DNA of 64,000 nucleotides from a virus. The first letter of the stretch is position 1. Each line of letters starts with the position of its first letter. The position numbers and the translations under genes are program-made. Below the pieces are notes generated by a model. The model was not told the origin of the DNA and searched no databases. It was given only the letters and a program-made list of their open reading frames with translations. Below, in pieces: positions 9,793 through 19,585 of the stretch. The DNA is taken from IMG/VR virus record IMGVR_UViG_3300034198_017445, positions 10,335 to 74,334 of that record; one strand, given 5' to 3'.

Positions 9793-10535
9793 TGCTGTTC
9801 TCCGTTGGTTCGGTTGTTCGACCAAACAACGAGGCGGTTGCTTCGATCTCGATCACTCCGGTGTACGGTATGGATCGGGTGATGTCGTACTACATTGAGC
9901 GTTGGGACGTTACTGGTCGCATCGTCAATTGGCCGATAGCGACTCAGGATGTGACGACGGCTGCTCTTGCTCGGTTGAAAGCGGATATGCTTCAACAAAA
10001 CGTCGACGTGAAGTTCTTGGCTGACGATGGGAAGGAGACCGCTTTCAATCTTCGCGCATCGCAATGCTTGCTTGGTCCGTATGTCACTGAGTATTCATTT
10101 CCAAATTCCCAGGAGGAAGTCTACGCGACTGGTCAGTTGTATCGCGTGCTGTACGAAGCAAGGTGCATGCCTAGTGGGAACGCTTCGAACCTACTTGAGT
10201 TTAGCGAAACGGTTAGCTTGACTCAGGTTGGCGGTCGCCACATGGTGTACGTTGGTGGGTCTGTCAATTTGCCGGAACGCCAGACTGGAATCCAAAACAA
10301 GACGTGGATGTACTCTCAGTCTGGTAGTGCCGTTGGGTTGACTGCGTATCCGTTTATCCCAAATGCGATATGGCCATTTGCCCTAACAAATCCAGATGGG
10401 GTGTCGCAGTCGCTTGTGAGTCCTGTTGTGGTTGGAAACACTCCGGGGCTGGATACGGAGTTTCGGATATCGTGGGAGTACCAATTTGAGTGGGCGTATC
10501 CATTGCGTGGGTTGCCTCACAGGAGAACTATTTGA
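9792..10535 (+). CDS. Tail tip/distal tail protein
   Basis: Coupled directly after the tape measure gene. Confidence 0.6.
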   Translation: MLFSVGSVVRPNNEAVASISITPVYGMDRVMSYYIERWDVTGRIVNWPIATQDVTTAALARLKADMLQQNVDVKFLADDGKETAFNLRASQCLLGPYVTEYSFPNSQEEVYATGQLYRVLYEARCMPSGNASNLLEFSETVSLTQVGGRHMVYVGGSVNLPERQTGIQNKTWMYSQSGSAVGLTAYPFIPNAIWPFALTNPDGVSQSLVSPVVVGNTPGLDTEFRISWEYQFEWAYPLRGLPHRRTI

Positions 10536-10536
10536 T

Positions 10537-11778
10537 ATGGCTACTAAGTATTGGGTTGGTCGGGCTGCTCGCGTCGCGCAAGTTTCCAAGATCGTTTTTT
10601 CGTCTGTGACTGTTTCGGCGACGTACACCATCACCATCAACGGAAAGTCCGTATCGGTTGTAGCAGCCACGACTGTGCTCGCTGATCTTGTTGCTTTGTT
10701 TGCGGGGGCTTGGTCGTCGTCTGCGGAGCCTGAGCATCAAGAGGTGACTCTGGCTGGTCGGTTCGATCCAACGTTGTCTGGCGTGCAGCTAACGTGCAAC
10801 ACGACGGGAGTGGATTTTACTGTCTCTGCATCGGCGACTTCTGGGTCTGCAACTGTCACCACTCCAACGGCAGCATCGGGTCCGAATTTTTGGAACGTTG
10901 CGGGTAATTGGAGTGGTTCGACATTGCCATCGGCAGCAGACGATCTTGTGTTGTCAAACAGCGACGTTTCGATTCTCTACGGGTTGACCGACACGACCAG
11001 TTACGCTTCGCTTACAATCGATGCGTCGTACACGGGAACGATCGGTTTGCCATCAAAGAATGAACGCGGGTATCCTGAGTATCGCACTCAGCACTTGACC
11101 CTCGGTTCGGGTTCTGCGATCACTGTGACGATCGGAAATGGAATCGGTTCGTTTTCTCCAATGATCAAGTTGGATTTTGGGGCGTCGAATGTTACTTACA
11201 CACAGGTTGGGAGTTCTTCGTCTGCTTTCGGAACGTCTTCATCGGCGATTGAACTTCGCACGTCATCGTCTGCGAGCACGTATCGTGTCTACGGTGGTTC
11301 GCTATCTGTTGTCTCTGGCAGCACCGCGACCATCACGACTCTTGATGTCATTCGTCGCGATCAATCCAATATTCCTAACGTAGTTACGTCAAATGCGATC
11401 ACAATCACGACAGCCACGGTCATCGGCGGAAATGTCAAGATCTCGGGACCATGCACGACGCTTGTCGCGCGTGACGGGTCGGAGGTTACTACGGCGCAGG
11501 CTTCCGCAGCGGCGACGGTACGTGTCGGTTCCAGAGCAAGGATCGGATGGGAATCGTCCGGAGGAATCACGACGAAACTGTTCGTAGAGGCTTTCGGGAT
11601 AATCGATTTTGGTCGCGTTGCAACTTCGAAGACAATAGCTGCTTGTGATCTGTATGCCAGCGGTGCGATCTTGGATCCTTTGAACATCGCGACGTTCACT
11701 AATGGCATTGTTTTGCAAGCGTGCCGGTTGGCTGATGTTACTTTGGATGTTGGTATCGGAGTGACCATCAATGCCTGA
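10537..11778 (+). CDS. Tail protein (Ser/Thr-rich, beta-rich)
   Basis: AGGAG upstream; composition; position. Confidence 0.65.
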   Translation: MATKYWVGRAARVAQVSKIVFSSVTVSATYTITINGKSVSVVAATTVLADLVALFAGAWSSSAEPEHQEVTLAGRFDPTLSGVQLTCNTTGVDFTVSASATSGSATVTTPTAASGPNFWNVAGNWSGSTLPSAADDLVLSNSDVSILYGLTDTTSYASLTIDASYTGTIGLPSKNERGYPEYRTQHLTLGSGSAITVTIGNGIGSFSPMIKLDFGASNVTYTQVGSSSSAFGTSSSAIELRTSSSASTYRVYGGSLSVVSGSTATITTLDVIRRDQSNIPNVVTSNAITITTATVIGGNVKISGPCTTLVARDGSEVTTAQASAAATVRVGSRARIGWESSGGITTKLFVEAFGIIDFGRVATSKTIAACDLYASGAILDPLNIATFTNGIVLQACRLADVTLDVGIGVTINA

Positions 11779-13570
11779 TCCACAGGGAAGGCTGCGGTAC
11801 GCTGGTGTTTGGTGCGATGGCGCGTTTTCTGTTCCGCGTACCCCATCGTGCAATCCAGACACGATCGTCGCCGACTTCAATCTGTCAAAGAATTTGCCTC
11901 AGGTTGGAGACATTGAAGTCTGGTACGGAAGTTCGTTCATCACGCTTCCGCGTTGTCGCTTGATCCGTCAGGAGGTTCAGACTTCGGATAGCGGTCGGAT
12001 GTGGCGTTGCATTTTTCAGGATCGAAGGTGGGTATGGAACTACGCTTCGTCGATGGGAAACTTTTGCTATGCCAGCGGATTAAGTGATAACAACGGGTTC
12101 AAGCTAATATTTAATCAAGTTGAGATGATTGAGCTTTTGATTCGCTTGTTTGCTCAGCTTGGTGATGTGCCAAATTTCAACATTGGCACTCGCATCAATG
12201 GTGCGTTCACAAACCCAACGGTTCACATGAACCTTGCGCCTGCAAGCGTTGCGCTGGCTACGCTGCTTGACAGCATCAGTGCTGTCGCTTGCCTGAATTG
12301 GAACAACTCAATCAGTGTTTTCACGACGAATACTGGCGATCCTCCACCGAACGACTCGCGTGTTTGCGAGTATGCGATATCGTCCGTTCCTCCTACCATT
12401 CCGGAGTTCTTGGCGATGTTTTCGGAGCCAACGGAATTCCTGACTGACATCCCGCTTTCGGCGGTTGGCTTTGATGTGACCAGCGCAGGGGCTCCTGACT
12501 ACAACAATCCTAAGCCAATCGATCAACTGTCGTATTCACCTACCAGTGCTGGCAAGCCATGGGATCCACCGCACTTTAACAACGTTGATCCAACGTACCG
12601 TCAATTGGCTGTCGAGACCATCTTTCGGTTTTATCAAGTGCGGTATCGCAGGTCGAAGCTGCAGGTCGCCGTTCCGAACGTGCAGGCTGGATTGAAGCCT
12701 GGAAAGAAAGTATGGGAGTGGTTCAATCCAGACGACTTCGTTATTGGTGACTCCGACGACGAGTACTCTCGGCTGTTGTATCCTGATGTCAAAGGCAAAG
12801 AGCCGATCCCAGAGATCTGGGGATTCTATTGCACGGGTGGGTACTCAAAAAACAACAATCTGACCCCACCGCCAGCAGCGATTGCTACCGACCAGATGAA
12901 TCCCGCCTACACGTCACCCTATACGGCTGCGGGGGTGAACGCTCAGTATCCGTTGCTGGCTTACACGGGAAAGTATCGGTTTGATCGAGCAGCCAATATG
13001 GTGATTTTCCAGAAGCCTGTTTACTACAACAACTCGAACCCTGTCACGCTTGGTGGTTTTGGTCCTATCATTCCTGCGTTCTTAGTCATGCGCGCGTGGC
13101 ATCATTTGAGGCGAAAGTATGACCGAGAAACAATGCGTCAGTTTTCGTTTATCCCTACGGGATCTCCGTTCGCAATTCCTGGGCTTGTGCAGCCAAGCCC
13201 GATGAATTCTCCGTTCTTTGTCTCTCCAAGAGTTTTGGAGTGCACCAAGTGGCCTAACTGGACGGCGTTGGTTGAGCAGCGTGCTCGTGATGTGTTCCAG
13301 CAATTTGCGATTAACAAATCGGCAACGGTTCAGTACAAAGGCTTTGCTTTCGACATCAACGTCAACGGGTGCATCAAGGGTGTCCGGTTTGATTGTGGTC
13401 CTGCGGGGCATTGCACAACTACGGTTGCGTGGAACGAGGCGCAGGGTATTTTCTTCGACGACCATCGCTTGAAAGAAATCGAAGCATCGATGAAATTCAC
13501 GGCGACTCAGATGCTGAGAGTTTTGAAGAAAAGCGGGTTGTATGATCTTTCAAATTCGGTGCAGCCATGA
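11771..13570 (+). CDS. Tail hub/baseplate protein
   Basis: 599 aa ORF within the tail operon. Confidence 0.6.
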   Translation: MPDPQGRLRYAGVWCDGAFSVPRTPSCNPDTIVADFNLSKNLPQVGDIEVWYGSSFITLPRCRLIRQEVQTSDSGRMWRCIFQDRRWVWNYASSMGNFCYASGLSDNNGFKLIFNQVEMIELLIRLFAQLGDVPNFNIGTRINGAFTNPTVHMNLAPASVALATLLDSISAVACLNWNNSISVFTTNTGDPPPNDSRVCEYAISSVPPTIPEFLAMFSEPTEFLTDIPLSAVGFDVTSAGAPDYNNPKPIDQLSYSPTSAGKPWDPPHFNNVDPTYRQLAVETIFRFYQVRYRRSKLQVAVPNVQAGLKPGKKVWEWFNPDDFVIGDSDDEYSRLLYPDVKGKEPIPEIWGFYCTGGYSKNNNLTPPPAAIATDQMNPAYTSPYTAAGVNAQYPLLAYTGKYRFDRAANMVIFQKPVYYNNSNPVTLGGFGPIIPAFLVMRAWHHLRRKYDRETMRQFSFIPTGSPFAIPGLVQPSPMNSPFFVSPRVLECTKWPNWTALVEQRARDVFQQFAINKSATVQYKGFAFDINVNGCIKGVRFDCGPAGHCTTTVAWNEAQGIFFDDHRLKEIEASMKFTATQMLRVLKKSGLYDLSNSVQP

Positions 13571-14115
13571 CGCTAGTTGAGCAGGTTCGTGAGTACGGTT
13601 TTGAAAACACGACGGGCGAGGAGATTCCTCCGTTTGCGTGCTTGGCTGTAACCAGTTCAACGACCGAGAACGGCTTCGTTCGATACGTCATTCGGAAGCC
13701 AAACTACGAGGACGAGCAAGCGCAGAATCCAGGAAGGCTTGTGTTCAACTCTGGGGCTGTTTGTCCGGTTGACGCGTGGGGTTCGTGTTCGTCTGACTTT
13801 CCGGCGATCGCTCTTGTGAACGAAGCGACCGAAGTGACCGAGGGTCAAATCATGGGACCGGTTGAGAACCAATGGTATCTTGGTCCCTACGGCAACGCTT
13901 TTGTGCTAAAGGCGAAAGAGATCAGTCGTGATGCGGTTGCAACCGATATCTATCCATGGCTGGTTGAGCCGTATGTCGCCGAGGTTGAGATTGTTCGCGT
14001 GACATCGGCTACTCCTACGGCTGGTTACTATTCTGGTGTCGTGGAGCGATTCGACAAGGCGACGCTCACTTGGATTGCTGTTCGAGACTGCAAGGTGAGG
14101 GATACGAACGCATGA
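13567..14115 (+). CDS. Tail-associated protein
   Basis: ATGA coupling on both sides. Confidence 0.6.
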   Translation: MTLVEQVREYGFENTTGEEIPPFACLAVTSSTTENGFVRYVIRKPNYEDEQAQNPGRLVFNSGAVCPVDAWGSCSSDFPAIALVNEATEVTEGQIMGPVENQWYLGPYGNAFVLKAKEISRDAVATDIYPWLVEPYVAEVEIVRVTSATPTAGYYSGVVERFDKATLTWIAVRDCKVRDTNA

Positions 14116-15677
14116 CGATCCAAACACGGAGGTACGTCAGTGAGTTCATCGGTGTCGATGGCGCTCCGATCTACTCGGCTGAATGTCGCAATACGGTCAC
14201 GATGGAAGACAATCGCTTCGTTGCTAAGTTCCTTGGTGTCGATGGTGGTGAGCCAATCTTTGGTGTTGCGCGGTGCGACTTCCCTTCCCTCGGGCGATAT
14301 CCGATGCGGTTTGTTGGCGTTGACGGCGCTCCGGTTTACTCGATTGGTTGTTGCGTTCCGAGCTGCTACGAAATTTCGCCATTGGAGCGACCGGTCATAA
14401 GCAAGTCAGGATGGACGGCAAGTCCCTGGGGAACGAACCCATGTTGTCCGTGCATGGAGCTAGTGCCAGATACTCCGTTCGATCCGACTTACTGTTGCAC
14501 TGACTACTTTTTAGACAAAACTTTGACCGGCGTTTCTGTCATGTCAGAGCGAGCGTATCGAACACAAAAGCCGAAGCATTTCCCTACCACTGGTGGCGTT
14601 ACTCTATCGGAAGAACACTGCTGCGACGGCGCTCCGTTTGAGGTCGCTTCGACAACGCGAACGACCACTCAACGAATCAGGTACAAGCTGCTTACTGAGT
14701 TCCAGCTTATTAAGATTGTGATTTGCATCTCAAAGAATTTAGTGACGTGCGGAAGCGATGCGCCTGCCATGAAATGGATCGTCAGTTCGCGATTTGTTTT
14801 TTCGTATCGGTCGTGGGCTACGATCGCTTTGAATGCTGACGTTGTTCACGTCAGGACTGTAACTCCTGGGACGTGTTTCACTCTCGGCGCTGCGGATGTT
14901 GACTGCTCTGCATCCACTACTGCTCCGTGCCATCCTGATGATTTCGATGACAACGTAAATTCTCCGACTATCGGATTTGGGAACCAGCCAAATTTTATTT
15001 ATCTGGGTGGTGGTTCGGATTCGTTTGAGCGGGTCAAGTTTTACGAAACGCTTCCAACGGAGACCACTGTCAATTTCACCAATGCTGACGTTGGCGATGA
15101 TTGCGAGTGGGATCGTTGCGGTCAGGCTGGGATTCTTGGAGATAGTTTTTGCGTCGACGTGACTTCAGTTCCTTCCGGAATACCAACGTGCTATTGCGAA
15201 AAGTCGTACACGTCGCCGACGACTACCTACACCGGGAATATCGTTTCGTCGTGTTGTGGGATTTGCTCAATAATCGTCGGATTGAATTACCCGTACACCG
15301 AAGTTACTAGGTGCGATGACCCAGAGTTTTTCTACTTGGATTGTATCGCAGGTTGTCAGTTCGATCCGTGCCCGACTTCAACGTATTCGTACTCTACTGT
15401 GACGGCTGATTCGCCGACTGCATGGGATCCATGCTTCCCAAACTGGAGAGACGAGTTTCCTGATTGCGTTGGGAATTCGTGGGGGTACATGCGAGCAAAG
15501 ACATGCGCTGAGGATGCATCTTGCTTCTGGCCAGATTCGTGCGGTAGTTCGTGTGGATATCCCAAGTACGCTGGATTGGTTGCTATCTATCCGAGCCTTG
15601 TAACTACGGCTGAGTGTGATTTTTCTTCGCGCAGTTGTTGCCTGTCAGCACCTAGCTGGAACGTTTACTTTGAGTGA
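14112..15677 (+). CDS. Cysteine-rich putative tail fibre/receptor-binding protein
   Basis: About 38 Cys in 521 aa; three N-terminal F(I/L/V)GVDG repeats; end of the tail operon. Confidence 0.6.
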   Translation: MTIQTRRYVSEFIGVDGAPIYSAECRNTVTMEDNRFVAKFLGVDGGEPIFGVARCDFPSLGRYPMRFVGVDGAPVYSIGCCVPSCYEISPLERPVISKSGWTASPWGTNPCCPCMELVPDTPFDPTYCCTDYFLDKTLTGVSVMSERAYRTQKPKHFPTTGGVTLSEEHCCDGAPFEVASTTRTTTQRIRYKLLTEFQLIKIVICISKNLVTCGSDAPAMKWIVSSRFVFSYRSWATIALNADVVHVRTVTPGTCFTLGAADVDCSASTTAPCHPDDFDDNVNSPTIGFGNQPNFIYLGGGSDSFERVKFYETLPTETTVNFTNADVGDDCEWDRCGQAGILGDSFCVDVTSVPSGIPTCYCEKSYTSPTTTYTGNIVSSCCGICSIIVGLNYPYTEVTRCDDPEFFYLDCIAGCQFDPCPTSTYSYSTVTADSPTAWDPCFPNWRDEFPDCVGNSWGYMRAKTCAEDASCFWPDSCGSSCGYPKYAGLVAIYPSLVTTAECDFSSRSCCLSAPSWNVYFE

Positions 15678-15680
15678 TGC

Positions 15681-16103
15681 ATGAGAGTCGAACTGGGTTC
15701 TGGGGTCATTCCAAAAAAAGGCATCACGGTTATCAATCCGCCTGCATCTAGCGACGCGGTTGCTGCTCCCTTGGTTGGTCAAGCTCCTGGACGCATCGAC
15801 CAAGCGGAGATGATCCGTCGCGCTGGGCGTCTTGCGTGGCAGTTTCTCCACGAGTACGTTGGCTGCGATCCTCAATGGTTCAAACTTTGGACGATTCTTA
15901 TCCCTCGGGGCTGCGAGTGCGAGGAAGCGTTTGCAAAGATCGTAGTTGACTTTCCTCCTGACTTCTCATCCGACGATGCGTTCTGGGTCTGGGGTGTTAT
16001 GGTTCATAACTTGGTCAATGAAAAGCTGATCAAGAAGGGCGACACTACGAAGCGGATCATTCCTATCGACGAGGCTCGCTTTATTTGGAACCGTGCGGCT
16101 TAG
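15681..16103 (+). CDS. Erv1/Alr-like sulfhydryl oxidase
   Basis: WQFLH...IPRGCECEEAF...FWVWGVMVHNLVNEKL resembles the Erv W..LH / C..C..HF / HN.VN motifs, with CxC instead of CxxC. Confidence 0.65.
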   Translation: MRVELGSGVIPKKGITVINPPASSDAVAAPLVGQAPGRIDQAEMIRRAGRLAWQFLHEYVGCDPQWFKLWTILIPRGCECEEAFAKIVVDFPPDFSSDDAFWVWGVMVHNLVNEKLIKKGDTTKRIIPIDEARFIWNRAA

Positions 16104-16148
16104 GTCTATGTGCGCATCTCTGCGATAGGTTTTCACCATGGAGGTGAC

Positions 16149-16514
16149 ATGGATTTTCTACTTCTGTCCGATGAATTCGCTGTAAGATTGCAAGCTGGGG
16201 CTTTTGGTTCCTTGCTGGCTGTCGTTTCCGAGACTCGCGATCACTCAGTTCCTGCGACACGCAGGTGGCTTGGTGGGTGGATATTCGCTATCTTTGGGGC
16301 TCCAATCGGTTCTGCTCTGATGTTGTCTTTGCTTGGACCTATCGGCATGGTTGGGAATGCTACCAAGCGTGACGCGGAGTTGATCACGGCGTTCTTTTGC
16401 GGCATCGTCGGATGGAAAATCGTTCACGCGATTAACTTAAGAGCAAATTCATTTCGCTTTGGTCGTGACAAAAAAACAAAAGGCAACGACGAGAATCATG
16501 ATCAGCGAAGCTAA
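16149..16514 (+). CDS. Holin-like membrane protein
   Basis: GGAGG RBS; about 3 hydrophobic segments and a basic C-terminus. Confidence 0.55.
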   Translation: MDFLLLSDEFAVRLQAGAFGSLLAVVSETRDHSVPATRRWLGGWIFAIFGAPIGSALMLSLLGPIGMVGNATKRDAELITAFFCGIVGWKIVHAINLRANSFRFGRDKKTKGNDENHDQRS

Positions 16515-16830
16515 CATCCCGGATTTTGTGGGCGTTTTAAGTCGGTTTGTGCTTATTGGTTTTTGCGCTGGGGTTTGCTTGCGGCGAGTCGTGCTGGGAT
16601 GTGTGATTAGACCGTCGTGGCTTTGTAAGGTAGAATCCATCGTTCTTTTGCTGTCGATCGTGACGGCTGGGGCTGGTATTTTTTATCCTTCCGTCGCTAG
16701 TTTTTTTGCCATTTTGCTGACGATGACAATGTTTTTTGTTGATCGTTCTGTGGCGATGTGGAAGAAAACGCACCGCGTTAATCCAGTATGGAGTTCGACC
16801 AAATTTCGCGAGGTTCAAAGTGACCACTGA
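16498..16830 (+). CDS. Membrane protein (lysis region)
   Basis: About 3 hydrophobic segments. Confidence 0.55.
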   Translation: MISEANIPDFVGVLSRFVLIGFCAGVCLRRVVLGCVIRPSWLCKVESIVLLLSIVTAGAGIFYPSVASFFAILLTMTMFFVDRSVAMWKKTHRVNPVWSSTKFREVQSDH

Positions 16831-17428
16831 CAATGCTGCTGACCTTGATCAAAATCCGTCCGAGGTTGATCCTGCTCCCGTCAAGCCAAAGCCACGGAAA
16901 AAAAGAAAGCCCCACAGAAAACCAAAGGCACCGACCGTTTCAGACCCTCAGTCGTGGTTTTCTCTTAAGTCGTGGTCGTCGTCGATCGACTGGTATTTGG
17001 TTGGCTTGCTGTTTCTTGGTGCCATCACTCTTGCGCCCTACATAGTGAAGTTTACGCAGTTTGTTGTCCCTGCTGTAATTGTTCCTGTAGCTAATTTTGA
17101 CGCTTCGGCTGCAAAGGTTCCGGAGTGGCTCGGGCTCGTTGGAACCGAAAAAAACACGGGTGCTCCTGCATTCGCTGAGTCGCTTAGAACGATTGCGGCT
17201 GGATGCAAGTCTGGGGCGATCACAAGTTCGGACGTGCTTTGGGACAAGCTGCACGAGGAGTTCGCTGCAAAGACCGATGAGGTTGCGTGGGCTGACTGGT
17301 CGCTGTTTGCTCGGGAGATTTTCAGCGAGGCGAAGGCGTTGAAGCAGGCAGGTAAAATCACTACGATCAACCGCGATGTTGCGGCATATTTCGAGGCAAT
17401 TGCGAAAGCACTAGACGAGGTAAAGTGA
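16820..17428 (+). CDS. Single-pass membrane protein
   Basis: GTG start; Lys/Pro linker, TM helix, helical C-terminal domain. Confidence 0.55.
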   Translation: MTTDNAADLDQNPSEVDPAPVKPKPRKKRKPHRKPKAPTVSDPQSWFSLKSWSSSIDWYLVGLLFLGAITLAPYIVKFTQFVVPAVIVPVANFDASAAKVPEWLGLVGTEKNTGAPAFAESLRTIAAGCKSGAITSSDVLWDKLHEEFAAKTDEVAWADWSLFAREIFSEAKALKQAGKITTINRDVAAYFEAIAKALDEVK

Positions 17429-19575
17429 TGCCAGTTAAGACTCAGATTTGGGATCGGTATCTTCATGGCGATCTTGATCAGGCTGCTTTCCACGATCGCG
17501 ATCACCAAAAGAAGTTTGCGGCTGAAAGCCCTACTCCGATGTACGCGATGGCTGCGCCAAACGTCATGGCAAGGGAGCCAGCCAAGGACGTATTTCTTGG
17601 TCGCTATATGGTCATGGGAATGCGTACTCTCTACGGTCAAAACTACAAGTATCTCCCTCAGTACCAAGAATCAGGGACGTGTTTCTTGGCAGGCACTCTT
17701 GTGCTGATGGCTGACGGGACTGAAAAGCCAATTGATCAGGTGGTTCCTGGTGATTTTGTTCGTTCTCACGATGGGTCCATCCAGCAGGTGATTGATGTCG
17801 GTTCGCGTCAATTCACAGGGAATCTGCACAGTTTGAGAATGTCCGGTGCTTCGAGACCGCTTGTAACAACTGCTGAGCATCCGGTTTTGGGGTATTTGCG
17901 ACACAGAACATCGAACGCTTCGCATCGCGCACGGGACTGGCATCCGGCTTCATCTCTTGGGGCTGGGGATCGTGTTTTCGTTCCGTCTGGTTTTGATGGT
18001 GGTCGATCTATTTTTGATGCGTCGGTTCTTGCGATGGAAAAGGTCGTTAGGGTCTACAAGGAAGAAACCGTCACTGAGGATCGAGTACGTCCAAAGCAAT
18101 CGAGCAAGTCTTGCAAGCGGTTCATCCCATTGAACGCTGATGTTGGTTTTTTGGTTGGGTTGTATGCTGCGGAAGGAAGTGTGGAAAAAGGCGCACGAAC
18201 TACTTTTACAATGCATCGTGACGAAGTTGAAGTCTTAAATCGATGCAGTGTTTTTCTTAAAGATTTGTTCGGCACTTCCGGTACGGTTGGCGTATCCAAA
18301 AACCTATCCAGGCTTCGTGTTTCCTCGGTTGCACTGGCTCGTCTTCTGTCGATGTTTGTTCCTGGTAAGGCGATAACCAAGTCGTTTTCTGTTGACGTTT
18401 TTACTGCTTGTCGCGAGTTTCGCGAGGGTGTTTTGCGAGGATGGTTTGAGGGTGATGGTCATCTTTCGAAAAGGCGGCGAATTGGAGTAGGCGTGACCAG
18501 TTCGTTGCAATTGGCAATGGATATTGAAAGATTGTCGCTTTCCATTGGTGCGCGATGCAGTGTTTTTCCAAGAGAGCAGCAAGATCACCAGAACGCGGCT
18601 GCGAACGATATTGCCTACTCTGGTTCTTCGCTTGGTCTTGTGTCTGGCGTAGCCACTGAGAAGTCAACGCGGCCAAAGAATCACGTTGAGGTTGAAGGGG
18701 GATTTGCTGTCAACATCGCTTCAAATACTGCTATCTGGGTTGAAAATGTTCAGGTTTGGAACCTTGAAGTAGAAAACACCCATAGCTATATCGTTGCGGA
18801 TGTGGCTGTTCATAACTGCGTCGGGCAGTCTCACTCAAGCGGTGCGACTTGCGTTATGGCTGTTTCTTCGCTGCTCTCGGGGCTCAAGTTTCCCGGTCGC
18901 GCGGCGGTTGCTCCGATCTACGGTGGTTCTCGCGTTGAGGTCGGGAAGCAAGTAGGCAGGTGGGACGGTTCGACCGGATCCTGGGCTGCGGATTGGCTTT
19001 CGGTCAAGGGTGGCGTTGTCACGCTGCTTGAGATGGGGCTGGACGACAATCCCAAAACCGAGAAAGAGTGGCTTGCCACAATGCAACGGGACGAGCGTTC
19101 TGCGGTCGCCTGGGCTGCTTCTCGCGACGGTGTTCCTGCAAACTATGAGCAAATGTCCAAACTCAAACCTATCAGGTCTGCTCCGTTGGTTTCCACGGTT
19201 GAGGAGGTTCGGGCTTCGATCGGAAACCTAACACCAGTCAATATTTGCGGACAGGTCCATCCGTCGCAAAGCCTGACCGACAAAGGGGTGTCAAAATCCA
19301 TCAGTCGTGGTGGTGGTCACTCTACGCTCTTGATCGGTCAGTATTTCGACGGTACAAACTGGTGGTATGATCATCTCCAATCGTGGTGGTGGTATTACCA
19401 GGGAGGGTTCTGTCGACCGATTAATGCGATCGACAAGCAGTTCGCTCGTTGCGTGACTCGGATCCCTGAGTCGTGGCTAAAGAGTTGGCTCGTTGAACGA
19501 GACTGTTATGCTCTCGTTGGAGTTCAGGGTCTTGAGCCGGTGGAAAAGTCGTTTATGAAAATCATGCACTCTTAG
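17425..19575 (+). CDS. Papain-like (C1) cysteine peptidase containing an intein
   Basis: Spliced extein reads YQESGT-CVGQ (catalytic Cys), then GGGHSTLLIG (His) and LQSWW. Confidence 0.75.
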   Translation: MMPVKTQIWDRYLHGDLDQAAFHDRDHQKKFAAESPTPMYAMAAPNVMAREPAKDVFLGRYMVMGMRTLYGQNYKYLPQYQESGTCFLAGTLVLMADGTEKPIDQVVPGDFVRSHDGSIQQVIDVGSRQFTGNLHSLRMSGASRPLVTTAEHPVLGYLRHRTSNASHRARDWHPASSLGAGDRVFVPSGFDGGRSIFDASVLAMEKVVRVYKEETVTEDRVRPKQSSKSCKRFIPLNADVGFLVGLYAAEGSVEKGARTTFTMHRDEVEVLNRCSVFLKDLFGTSGTVGVSKNLSRLRVSSVALARLLSMFVPGKAITKSFSVDVFTACREFREGVLRGWFEGDGHLSKRRRIGVGVTSSLQLAMDIERLSLSIGARCSVFPREQQDHQNAAANDIAYSGSSLGLVSGVATEKSTRPKNHVEVEGGFAVNIASNTAIWVENVQVWNLEVENTHSYIVADVAVHNCVGQSHSSGATCVMAVSSLLSGLKFPGRAAVAPIYGGSRVEVGKQVGRWDGSTGSWAADWLSVKGGVVTLLEMGLDDNPKTEKEWLATMQRDERSAVAWAASRDGVPANYEQMSKLKPIRSAPLVSTVEEVRASIGNLTPVNICGQVHPSQSLTDKGVSKSISRGGGHSTLLIGQYFDGTNWWYDHLQSWWWYYQGGFCRPINAIDKQFARCVTRIPESWLKSWLVERDCYALVGVQGLEPVEKSFMKIMHS
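17680..18816 (+). mobile_element. Intein with LAGLIDADG homing endonuclease (379 aa)
   Basis: Starts CFLAGTLVLMADG; TAEHP block B; LVGLYAAEGS and LRGWFEGDG; ends VWNLEV..HSYIVADVAVHN before Cys. Confidence 0.93.
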
Positions 19576-19585
19576 GAGAGACGCG

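Noticed and set aside
14112-15677. Diversity-generating retroelement target
   Set aside because: No reverse transcriptase or template/variable repeat pair seen in the window
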